Shown here piece after piece: positions 56,458 through 64,000 of a DNA stretch of 64,000 nt. Under the pieces are notes generated by a model, which did not search any database, was not told the DNA's origin, and was given only the letters and a program-made list of their open reading frames with translations. The stretch is from Deltaproteobacteria bacterium. Its GTDB lineage: Bacteria; Myxococcota_A; Polyangia; Fen-1088. A program made the translations under genes and the position numbers. Location of the stretch: assembly GCA_033763315.1 (NCBI GenBank), contig JANRKS010000020.1, positions 32,001-96,000 on the forward strand, given 5' to 3'. Every line of letters starts with the position of its first letter. Position 1 is the stretch's first letter.

Positions 56458-58044
56458 CTAAGCCATGGGACCGTCTCCGCGCGCCAAAACAGTGTCCTTT
56501 TGGAAGCGGACATCCTTTTCCGGGTGATCGATGTTGTAGTGAAGACCGCGGCTTTCAGGTCGCCGGCGCGCGCATTCAACGATGAGGTCGGCTACGAGCG
56601 CCAGGTTGCGCAGTTCAAGGAAATCGCTGGTGACGGTGAAGTTCCAGTAATACTGGCGAAGTTCGCTGCGAATGATGTCGATGCGTCGGGCGGCGCGTTC
56701 AAGGCGCGAATCAGACCGCACAATGCCTACGTAGTTCCACATCAAGCGGCGCAGCTCGTCCCAGCTGTGGCTAACCACGACCGCTTCGTCGGGTGAACGT
56801 GCTTCGCCTGCATACCAAGGCGCGGGTGAAGCCGGGTGTTCGACCTTGATCTTCGCCACATCGTCCGCGGCACGGGCGGCAAAGACCAACGCTTCAAGCA
56901 ACGAATTGGAAGCGAGACGACAAGCGCCATGCAGACCCGTCATCGCCACTTCGCCGATGGCATAAAGGTTCTTCACGCTGGTGCGCCCTTGTGGATCCAC
57001 AACCACGCCACCGCAGCTGTAATGCGCCGCCGGCACCACAGGGATCGGCATCGTGCGCATATCGATCCCAAGCTCCATGCAGCGCTTGAAAATGTTGGGG
57101 AAACGGTTCTCGAGGAAGTCGGGCGCTAGGTGAGTCATGTCGAGCAGCACTGAATCATCACCGCTGCGCTTGAGCTCAGAGTCGATCGCGCGTGCGACGA
57201 CATCGCGAGGCGCGAGATCTTTCATCTCGTGGTACCGCGGCATGAACGCGTTGCCGTTGAGCGTGCGCAAAATACCGCCTTCGCCTCGCAAGGCCTCGCT
57301 GATCAAGAACGACTTGGCTTGGGGGTGGTAAAGGCAGGTGGGGTGAAATTGGAAGAACTCCATGTTCGCCACGCGCGCGCCCACGCGATACGCGATCGCG
57401 ACGCCATCGCCGGTGGCCACGTCAGGATTGGTTGTGTAGAGGTAGACCTTGCCGGCGCCGCCCGTCGCCAACACAACCGCTTTGGCGGTGATGGTCTTCA
57501 TCAGTTGTTGGTGCTGATCGTAAACGTAGGCACCAAAGACGGCGTTGGGGCCGCCATACTTGGCCGTGGTCAGCAGATCGGCCGCCATGTGGTTCGGCAG
57601 CAAGGTGATGCGATCGGCGCGCTCGCGGATGCGATCCATGAGCGCGGCCTGAATGGCGGCGCCCGTCATGTCGCGCGCGTGGACGATGCGGCGGGCGCTG
57701 TGCCCGCCTTCGCGGCCGAGGTCAAAGTTGCCGTCGTTGCCGCGGTCAAAGGGCACGCCCACTTCGTTGGCCAGGTTCAGGATGTGAGCCGGCCCCTCCG
57801 CCACGCATGCTTCCACCACATCGCGTTTGCACAGGCCTTCGCCCACGGTCAACGTATCAGCCACGTGCATTTCGGCGGTGTCGTCCGCGCCCAGCACGCC
57901 CGCCACGCCGCCTTGCGCGTAATTGGTGTTCGCTTCAGACGGGCTGCGCTTGGTGACAACCACAACACGTCCGTGTTTTGACGCCTGTAAAGCGAAGTAA
58001 AGGCCAGCAAGCCCAGAGCCCAGCACCAGATAATCGGTTTCCAC
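56458..58044 (-). CDS. nadB: L-aspartate oxidase
   Basis: GSGLAG, YAQGG, REGGHS, QFHPT, SEALRGEG, PAAHY.CGG, GLHGA.RLASNSLLE, ESRGLH. Confidence 0.96.
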   Translation of the reverse strand: METDYLVLGSGLAGLYFALQASKHGRVVVVTKRSPSEANTNYAQGGVAGVLGADDTAEMHVADTLTVGEGLCKRDVVEACVAEGPAHILNLANEVGVPFDRGNDGNFDLGREGGHSARRIVHARDMTGAAIQAALMDRIRERADRITLLPNHMAADLLTTAKYGGPNAVFGAYVYDQHQQLMKTITAKAVVLATGGAGKVYLYTTNPDVATGDGVAIAYRVGARVANMEFFQFHPTCLYHPQAKSFLISEALRGEGGILRTLNGNAFMPRYHEMKDLAPRDVVARAIDSELKRSGDDSVLLDMTHLAPDFLENRFPNIFKRCMELGIDMRTMPIPVVPAAHYSCGGVVVDPQGRTSVKNLYAIGEVAMTGLHGACRLASNSLLEALVFAARAADDVAKIKVEHPASPAPWYAGEARSPDEAVVVSHSWDELRRLMWNYVGIVRSDSRLERAARRIDIIRSELRQYYWNFTVTSDFLELRNLALVADLIVECARRRPESRGLHYNIDHPEKDVRFQKDTVLARGDGPMA

Positions 58045-58187
58045 TGGGGGTTCACTTTAGCGGCATTTGCTCGTCGCGGCAGGTATCACGGCCACGCCCC
58101 GCGCCCCGCTGTGCGCGGTTTCGTGGAGCCGCGGTTGCAGGGCTGCTACCATGGGCTTGCCTTGTGGTGCGCCATCCGGGGGTTTTG

Positions 58188-59042
58188 GTGAAGCTTCGGC
58201 TCGGTTCCGTATGCGTGTTTCTCAGCTTGATGCCTGTGGCTTCGGGCCAGGCGGGCGTGTGGAAACGCGAGAAGAATGACGGCACCGTGGAATACACGAA
58301 CGTGCCCCGTGGCGGATCTGATCGCCGCGCCGCGAACCCTGCATCGCCTCCGACGCCCACCCCAGCACGTCGCTCAACCCCGAGCGGGGGCGCGTTTTGG
58401 TTCCGCGAGCGCGCCGACGGCGTCATGGAGTTCACCAACCTGCACCCCATCGGCTCAAAGTGGAAGGTGTTGTTTCGCACCGGCCCGGGCAAGGCGGCTT
58501 CCATGCGTGGCGAAACCGATCGTGTGCGCGCCAGCGATCGATCAAGCGAACGTTTCACGCGCTACGACGAGCACATTCGCGATCAGCAAGTGCTTTACGG
58601 CATCCCGCCGTCGTTGGTGCGGGCGGTGATCCGCAGCGAAAGCGATTTCGATCCACACGTCATATCGAGCGCGGGCGCCATGGGCCTGATGCAATTGATG
58701 CCAGGGACGGCGCGCGACATGGGGGTGACCGATCCCTTTGATCCGCGGCAGAACATCATGGGCGGCTGCCGCTATCTGCAAATTCTGGCGCGCAAGTTCT
58801 GTCGCACGCCGGCGCCGGCGGGCCAGGGTGTTTTGTTCCATTGCTCGGCAGAAGAGAACATCAAGGTGATCTCCGGTTACCACGCGGGGCCTGGTGCGGT
58901 AGACAAGTACGGCGGCATGCCTCCTTACCAAACGACGCGCGAATATGTGGCCACGGTGTTGGCGCGGTTTGATCGCTACATCGGGGACGAGCGTGCGGCG
59001 GGCGTTTTCGCTGCCGACACCGGCCCGGAGGAAACGCCATGA
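58188..59042 (+). CDS. Lytic transglycosylase (SLT) with two DUF4124-like N-terminal repeats
   Basis: IRSES, GAMGLMQLMP, D.FDP.QNI.GG..YL, YHAGPG; repeats W.RE..DG..E.TN; GTG 58188 chosen as start. Confidence 0.85.
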   Translation: MKLRLGSVCVFLSLMPVASGQAGVWKREKNDGTVEYTNVPRGGSDRRAANPASPPTPTPARRSTPSGGAFWFRERADGVMEFTNLHPIGSKWKVLFRTGPGKAASMRGETDRVRASDRSSERFTRYDEHIRDQQVLYGIPPSLVRAVIRSESDFDPHVISSAGAMGLMQLMPGTARDMGVTDPFDPRQNIMGGCRYLQILARKFCRTPAPAGQGVLFHCSAEENIKVISGYHAGPGAVDKYGGMPPYQTTREYVATVLARFDRYIGDERAAGVFAADTGPEETP

Positions 59043-60502
59043 CCGTGCAGGGCGAGGGCAACGCCAATGGCGACAGCATGGGGATGACCCGCGAGCCTAC
59101 CGTGAATGTTCATGTGGCCGAGGCGGGCCAAATGGACGAGCCGCGCTTCTTAGAACACCTGGCGCGGGTGGGTGCTTTGGTCAAAGGCGACCATCTGCCC
59201 GAAGCCGAGCTTGAAGCCTTACGAGCGCTGCAGCTGCGGCCTACCGATATGCGTGGGCTCAAGCTGTTGGGCCTGGTGCGGTTCAAACGCGGTCGCTACG
59301 CGGAGGCCCGCGAGGTTTACGAAGCCTTGGCGCGCGCCACCCCCGATGATCTAGGCGTGCGAATGTCGTTGGGCCTTATCGCGCTCAAGATGGACTGGGC
59401 CGATGAAGCGGTGGCGGAGCTTGAGATGGCGTCCCGCTCGCCTGCCGCCCCCGCCAAAGTGTGGACGTACTTGGGTTATGCGTACGCGCGGCTGGGGAAG
59501 AACGCGCGTGCCGCCGAGGCGTTTCGTCGGGTGGGGCAGGACGCATTGGCGGCAGAGGCTGAATCGGGAGAACTCGCGGGCAAAGGCTTGCCAGACGACT
59601 CGGACGTGCGCCGGGTGAGCGCGCCCAAGGAAGCGCCCGCACCCGCTGTGGAAGCGCCCGCCGCGCAGGAACCTTCGGCGGGCTGGTCCCGCGGCAAGAG
59701 CGGATTTTTCTCACCCGATCCGAAGGAGCTGACCGGAGAGCCCAGCCAGCCGGTGACGGCCGAACTGGAAGTGGAAGGCTTCGCGCCCGCCTCGGACGAC
59801 ATCGCCAGCGAAACGGGCGAGCACCAAGGCACCACGCTGACCAATTTCGTGCTGGGGCGTTTGTTGGACGTGCCCGTCACGGACGAGTTCACGTCGCCGT
59901 TTGCTTCGCTGGTGGGAGAGGTGCTGCGGTTCTCTGTGAACGGCCAGGCGTGCGTGCGTGCACCGGCGCTCCTGGCGGCCACCGGGGCGTTGCAAGTGAC
60001 CACCGCGCAACGCCGGTCGAGGGGTCGCACGGAGGACGTCCCGCTTGGCGATGCCGCGGGCGATTTTGTGATCTACGACGGCCGCGGCGAGTTGTGGTTG
60101 GCGCCCTCGGGCACGCAGACGCGGCTTTTGGCCCTGACTTTGGAAGACGACATCCTGTTTATGCGGCAGTCGCGCGTGGTGGCGTTTGACCAGGACGTTG
60201 TCTGGGAGGCCGGCCGGCTGCCGGGCGACGCCCTGCCGCTGTTGCAGCTGCGCGGCACGGGGCGAGCCATTTTAGACATCGGCGAGGAGCGCTTTCGGGC
60301 GTTCAACGTGCCCCAGAACCGGCCACTGTGGGTGGAACGAGACCGTTTGCTGGGTTGGGTGGGGCGTGTTGTTGCGCAGGCCGTCAGACCCGCTGGCGCT
60401 TTGGGACGCCGGCGCGGATGTTTGGTCGCCTGCGAGGGTGAAGGGGTGCTATTGGTGAGTACGCATGGGCTCCTTGACCAGCCAACTGACGAACGCCCCT
60501 AA
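59039..60502 (+). CDS. TPR plus AIM24-like domain protein
   Basis: TPR helices (LGLVRFKRGRYAEA, LGYAYARLG) and C-terminal GRGELWL, LRGTG, CEGEGVLL repeats. Confidence 0.7.
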   Translation: MTVQGEGNANGDSMGMTREPTVNVHVAEAGQMDEPRFLEHLARVGALVKGDHLPEAELEALRALQLRPTDMRGLKLLGLVRFKRGRYAEAREVYEALARATPDDLGVRMSLGLIALKMDWADEAVAELEMASRSPAAPAKVWTYLGYAYARLGKNARAAEAFRRVGQDALAAEAESGELAGKGLPDDSDVRRVSAPKEAPAPAVEAPAAQEPSAGWSRGKSGFFSPDPKELTGEPSQPVTAELEVEGFAPASDDIASETGEHQGTTLTNFVLGRLLDVPVTDEFTSPFASLVGEVLRFSVNGQACVRAPALLAATGALQVTTAQRRSRGRTEDVPLGDAAGDFVIYDGRGELWLAPSGTQTRLLALTLEDDILFMRQSRVVAFDQDVVWEAGRLPGDALPLLQLRGTGRAILDIGEERFRAFNVPQNRPLWVERDRLLGWVGRVVAQAVRPAGALGRRRGCLVACEGEGVLLVSTHGLLDQPTDERP

Positions 60503-61076
60503 CCTTGTGACCATGGGGCGGGTGGCGCTGATTCCCGCGGTGCTGCTGTTTCTCGACAACTTCAGCCCTCTGCGCAGCTTCATCGCCGCCATCTTGTATT
60601 TGCTCGCGGCGGCGGGTGACGGCTTGGATGGCTACCTCGCGCGCAGCCGCGGCCAGGTGAGCGTGTTGGGCAAATTCCTTGATCCGTTGGCCGATAAGCT
60701 GATGGTCACCGCGACCCTGGTTTACCTCGTGGCGATGGGGCGCGTGCCTGCGTGGGTGGTGGTGTTGTTGATTGCGCGCGACGTGGCCATCACGGGTTTG
60801 CGCAGCATCGCTTCGGCCGAAGGTTTGGTGATCGCGGCCAGCGAGGGCGGCAAGATCAAAACGGCGTTGCAGTTCGCTGGCACCGTCATGTTGATGATCC
60901 ACTTTCGCTATCCGATGCTGGGCCTCAACATTCCTCCGATCGATTTTCACGCGGCAGGCGTTGTGATCCTCTACATGTCGTTGGCGATGTCGTTGCTGTC
61001 GGCGGCCGAATACATCCGCTTCTTCTTTCGCGCCGTGGCCGTGCACGATCGCGGCATGGCACCTCCGGCGTCGTGA
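60465..61076 (+). CDS. pgsA: CDP-diacylglycerol--glycerol-3-phosphate 3-phosphatidyltransferase
   Basis: PN.VT.GR, DGLDGYLAR..GQVS.LGKFLDPLADK, GKIKT..Q. Confidence 0.92.
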   Translation: MGSLTSQLTNAPNLVTMGRVALIPAVLLFLDNFSPLRSFIAAILYLLAAAGDGLDGYLARSRGQVSVLGKFLDPLADKLMVTATLVYLVAMGRVPAWVVVLLIARDVAITGLRSIASAEGLVIAASEGGKIKTALQFAGTVMLMIHFRYPMLGLNIPPIDFHAAGVVILYMSLAMSLLSAAEYIRFFFRAVAVHDRGMAPPAS

Positions 61077-62368
61077 TCGTTCTTGCTGGGCCCGCGCTCA
61101 CCGCTGTTGAGGCGGCCGAAAGGCTGGCCACGTTCGGTGGTGTGTCATGGGTGAAGAGTCCCGGCGTTGAAGGTGAGCGAAGCTTCGTGGCGTGCGCGCC
61201 TGTTCAAGTGGTGTCAGCCGCACAACCCGAAGCGTTGCAGATCGCGTGGCTTGAGCATCGGAAGCGCTGGGCCCCTGCGCCCCCTCGCTGCCCGTTGGCT
61301 GTAGGGTTTTTCACGTACGAGTACGGCAAGGCATTGGTGGGTGGCGCGTACGCGGCGCAGGTGCCGAGCGGCTGGTCGGCGATGGAGTTTCGTTTCTACG
61401 ACGCCATGTTTGAAATCAGCGACACCACGCGTGTTCTGGCTGTGGATGAAGCGGCCGCCCAGCGTTTGTTGCAGCGCTTGCGGCACGAACCAGCGGAGCC
61501 CGACGACTCGCTGTTGGGCAGCTTGAGCGCCGCTGAACCCGACGACCTGTTCTTGGAAGGTGTGGCGCGCGTGCAAGAATACCTGCGTGCCGGTGACACG
61601 TATCAAGTCAACTTGGCGCGGCGTTTGGTGGCGCCACTTGCGAACCAAGGCGCGCTTACTGGCCTGAGCCTCTCGGCACAGCTTGAGCAGCATACACCAG
61701 CTCCGTTTGGCATTTGGTACGGTCCGGCGGCTGAAGGCGTTGCGCGCGCTTTGGTGGGCAACTCTCCTGAATGTTTCATTCGCATCACCGTTGATGGCGT
61801 GATCGAGACGTCCCCCATCAAAGGCACGCGGCCTCGCGTGCACGAACATTCACTCGATGATAACCGTGTGGTGCAGGAGCTTGCCACATCACAAAAAGAC
61901 CGAGCGGAACACGACATGATCGTGGATCTCGAACGCAACGATCTCGGCCGCATTTGCACCACCGGAAGCGTGCGTGTGGTGGAGCACGCTCGCGTGATGC
62001 ACTTGCCCACCGTGCATCATCTGGTTTCAACAGTGCGAGGGCAGCTAGTGCAGCCGCGGCCCAGCCTGCGCGAGATCCTGGCGGCCACGTTCCCCGGCGG
62101 TTCGATCACAGGCGCACCGAAACGTCGAGCGATGGAGATCATCGCGGAGCTTGAGAGCCACGAGCGCGGCCCTTACACCGGCGCCACGGGGTGGTTGGGC
62201 GCGGCGGGCGATATTGAAATGGCGATCGCCATTCGCACGGCGGCGTTGTCAAACGATCGGCTGGTGTTGTGGGTGGGCGGCGGCATCGTTGTGGATTCTG
62301 ATGCCGAAGCTGAGCTCGCCGAGACGAACGCGAAAGCCCAAGCGTTCACGCGGCTGTGGGCCGTGTAA
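61073..62368 (+). CDS. pabB: Aminodeoxychorismate synthase component I (PabB/TrpE family)
   Basis: GDTYQVNL, SPE, PIKGTRPR, KDRAEH.MIVDLERNDLG, FPGGSITGAPK; GTG 61073 overlaps the pgsA stop. Confidence 0.85.
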   Translation: MIVLAGPALTAVEAAERLATFGGVSWVKSPGVEGERSFVACAPVQVVSAAQPEALQIAWLEHRKRWAPAPPRCPLAVGFFTYEYGKALVGGAYAAQVPSGWSAMEFRFYDAMFEISDTTRVLAVDEAAAQRLLQRLRHEPAEPDDSLLGSLSAAEPDDLFLEGVARVQEYLRAGDTYQVNLARRLVAPLANQGALTGLSLSAQLEQHTPAPFGIWYGPAAEGVARALVGNSPECFIRITVDGVIETSPIKGTRPRVHEHSLDDNRVVQELATSQKDRAEHDMIVDLERNDLGRICTTGSVRVVEHARVMHLPTVHHLVSTVRGQLVQPRPSLREILAATFPGGSITGAPKRRAMEIIAELESHERGPYTGATGWLGAAGDIEMAIAIRTAALSNDRLVLWVGGGIVVDSDAEAELAETNAKAQAFTRLWAV

Positions 62369-62448
62369 ACAAAGGCACTCTCGACGCTTTAATTCGCATG
62401 CCACGCCTGTGGGGGGTGATCTACGGAAAGCCGCTTGTAAGGCCTTCG

Positions 62449-64000
62449 TCACCAACACATAGTCTGCACATCTAGTTCATAAGGGCACGGGCCTCCTTGG
62501 GTGCCGCATGAACTTGGACACGTTTGCAGCGTCTCGATGGAACTCTGTGTGCCGTCGGCGTTGTAGTAATTCACAACGCGGCAGTCGTTGGAGGGAACGC
62601 AGCCTGTAAGCGGCGTCAGTTGATAGCGTTTGAGGCAAACGTACCGGAGGGTGTCGGGCTCACCGGTGACTATCGATGTACCTTCCCAGTTTCCCATGGC
62701 GTTTCGGCGCAGAGTCCACACGTATCGCTTGCCCAAATCAACCGGGTTGGGATACTTCGGCGCAACGCACTCGTTAAGCGAAAGTGTCTCACCCGCCAAC
62801 GACCAGGCGCCCTGAACGAAGCTGTACATCACGCCGCCCGCCGAGGTGCATTTGCGGCTGTTGTTGGCCGGGTACACCATCGCGCCGTTGGGATAGAGCG
62901 CTATCCGAAGCGCGGCGCGAAACTCGCCATCACAAGGGTTTATCGCGGTGGTGGAAGTGGCGGAGTAGCTCCAAACGCCCACCGGGCCTTCGTCGCCCAC
63001 CGAGAACAGTTTGCCATTGGATGTTTCTTCGTTGCCAGCGGCACCGCGCTGAACCGATACAAGCCAGGTTGCGATGGCCGGGTCGAGCGTAGGCACAACC
63101 ACGGTTAGCTGCGTGTCGGAAGCGACGTTTACGGTGGTTGCGAACACCGCCTTCGCGACGCTTGGCGAGACGCCCGCTTGCATGAACAGCACTTTAACCG
63201 GGGTCCCCGGGCGGCCTTGAAAGCCCTTCCCTGTGAGGGTCAACGTATCGCTTACCTTGCCTGTGGCAGGCGTCAACGCATCGACCACGAAACCTGACAT
63301 CACTCGAATCGTCTCCGCGGCTGCAACGATGTCAGTGCCGACCTTCACGCTGACCTTGATGGGACCTGCCGCTCGCTTCGCATAGCTGCCTGGCATCGTG
63401 ACCAGGATGCGACGTCCGTCTGAGGCAATGAACATCTTGTCCACATCGTGCAAAAGTTCAAGACGGCCTGCACCACCGATGTCCTGATCTTCAAGCACCA
63501 CAGAAGGAATCGCGAACACGCCGCCTACGGTCCTTGGGTAAAGGAAATGCCCTTTGAGCTCAAGTTCGTTCGCCACATCCTGCTTAGCAACGAGGGGAGG
63601 CAAAAGGCGCGTGATCGACATTTTGAATATGACGTCAAAGGTAAGCCGCGAAGGAAGGCTCGCAAGATCGATGAAGGCTTTCAAAGATCCGACAACTGCC
63701 GTTCCAATGCTAAATGCCTCAAGCGCCGAGTTGATCCCTGGCACCACCTTCTTTGCGAGGTTTGCCGCGAACGATGCAACCACCGACGCCGTCGCGCTGC
63801 CGATGACACGCGTCGCAAGCGCCTTGAGAAATGGCCCCTGATCTTCAAGCTCGCGCTTGAGCGCTGACAGCATGATGGCCGACGCCACCTTGGCGCCCTG
63901 GTCGAGGTAGGCCTGGTACGCGTCCGAAAGCGCGGGAAACATGTGCGTCACCAACAACTGCGCAAGGAGCTTATCGGGCACCACTTTGCCGACAGCTTCC
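62449..64000 (-). CDS. Large secreted-type protein with IPT/TIG-like domains, C-terminal part (5' end outside the window)
   Basis: Frame is open to the window edge; LTPATGKVSDTLTLTGKGF...SDTQLTVVVP (IPT-like); Cys-rich C-terminus. Confidence 0.65.
   Translation of the reverse strand, partial: EAVGKVVPDKLLAQLLVTHMFPALSDAYQAYLDQGAKVASAIMLSALKRELEDQGPFLKALATRVIGSATASVVASFAANLAKKVVPGINSALEAFSIGTAVVGSLKAFIDLASLPSRLTFDVIFKMSITRLLPPLVAKQDVANELELKGHFLYPRTVGGVFAIPSVVLEDQDIGGAGRLELLHDVDKMFIASDGRRILVTMPGSYAKRAAGPIKVSVKVGTDIVAAAETIRVMSGFVVDALTPATGKVSDTLTLTGKGFQGRPGTPVKVLFMQAGVSPSVAKAVFATTVNVASDTQLTVVVPTLDPAIATWLVSVQRGAAGNEETSNGKLFSVGDEGPVGVWSYSATSTTAINPCDGEFRAALRIALYPNGAMVYPANNSRKCTSAGGVMYSFVQGAWSLAGETLSLNECVAPKYPNPVDLGKRYVWTLRRNAMGNWEGTSIVTGEPDTLRYVCLKRYQLTPLTGCVPSNDCRVVNYYNADGTQSSIETLQTCPSSCGTQGGPCPYELDVQTMCW

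Overview
GC-rich bacterial DNA, probably Myxococcota or a related deltaproteobacterium (inferred from a MYXO-CTERM-like sorting tail, many Cys-rich and Gly-linker lipoproteins, CdnL/CarD and PilT). It is densely coding, with about 55 CDS and no rRNA, tRNA or CRISPR array that I could recognise. Housekeeping genes include dusB, etfAB, serB, nadB, pgsA, pabB and an RlmD-like methylase. The main finding lies in an accessory region (~33-46 kb): a lower-GC lasso-peptide (RiPP) gene cluster at 39.2-42.9 kb. It contains a cyclase, a 55-aa precursor that the ORF track misses (41018-41185; predicted core GGLGTVQDGGELPGEDRQAQ), a B2 peptidase, a stand-alone RRE/PqqD and an unusual RRE-fused HPr-kinase-like enzyme. 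The core lacks the C-terminal Ser that known lasso kinases phosphorylate. The cluster abuts a giant Ig/FN3/FG-GAP lipoprotein gene. Other notable items: a compact FleQ-like EBP -> sigma54 promoter -> fliA (with a long basic N-terminal tail) -> sigma28 promoter -> flgM cascade with visible promoters but no flagellar structural genes; a stand-alone degenerate nuoJKLMN-like operon with a NuoL-PKD fusion; a PhoX-like gene divergent from a di-heme/imelysin/P460 operon; and operator-like palindromes. All family assignments come from motif recognition by eye, without database searches.
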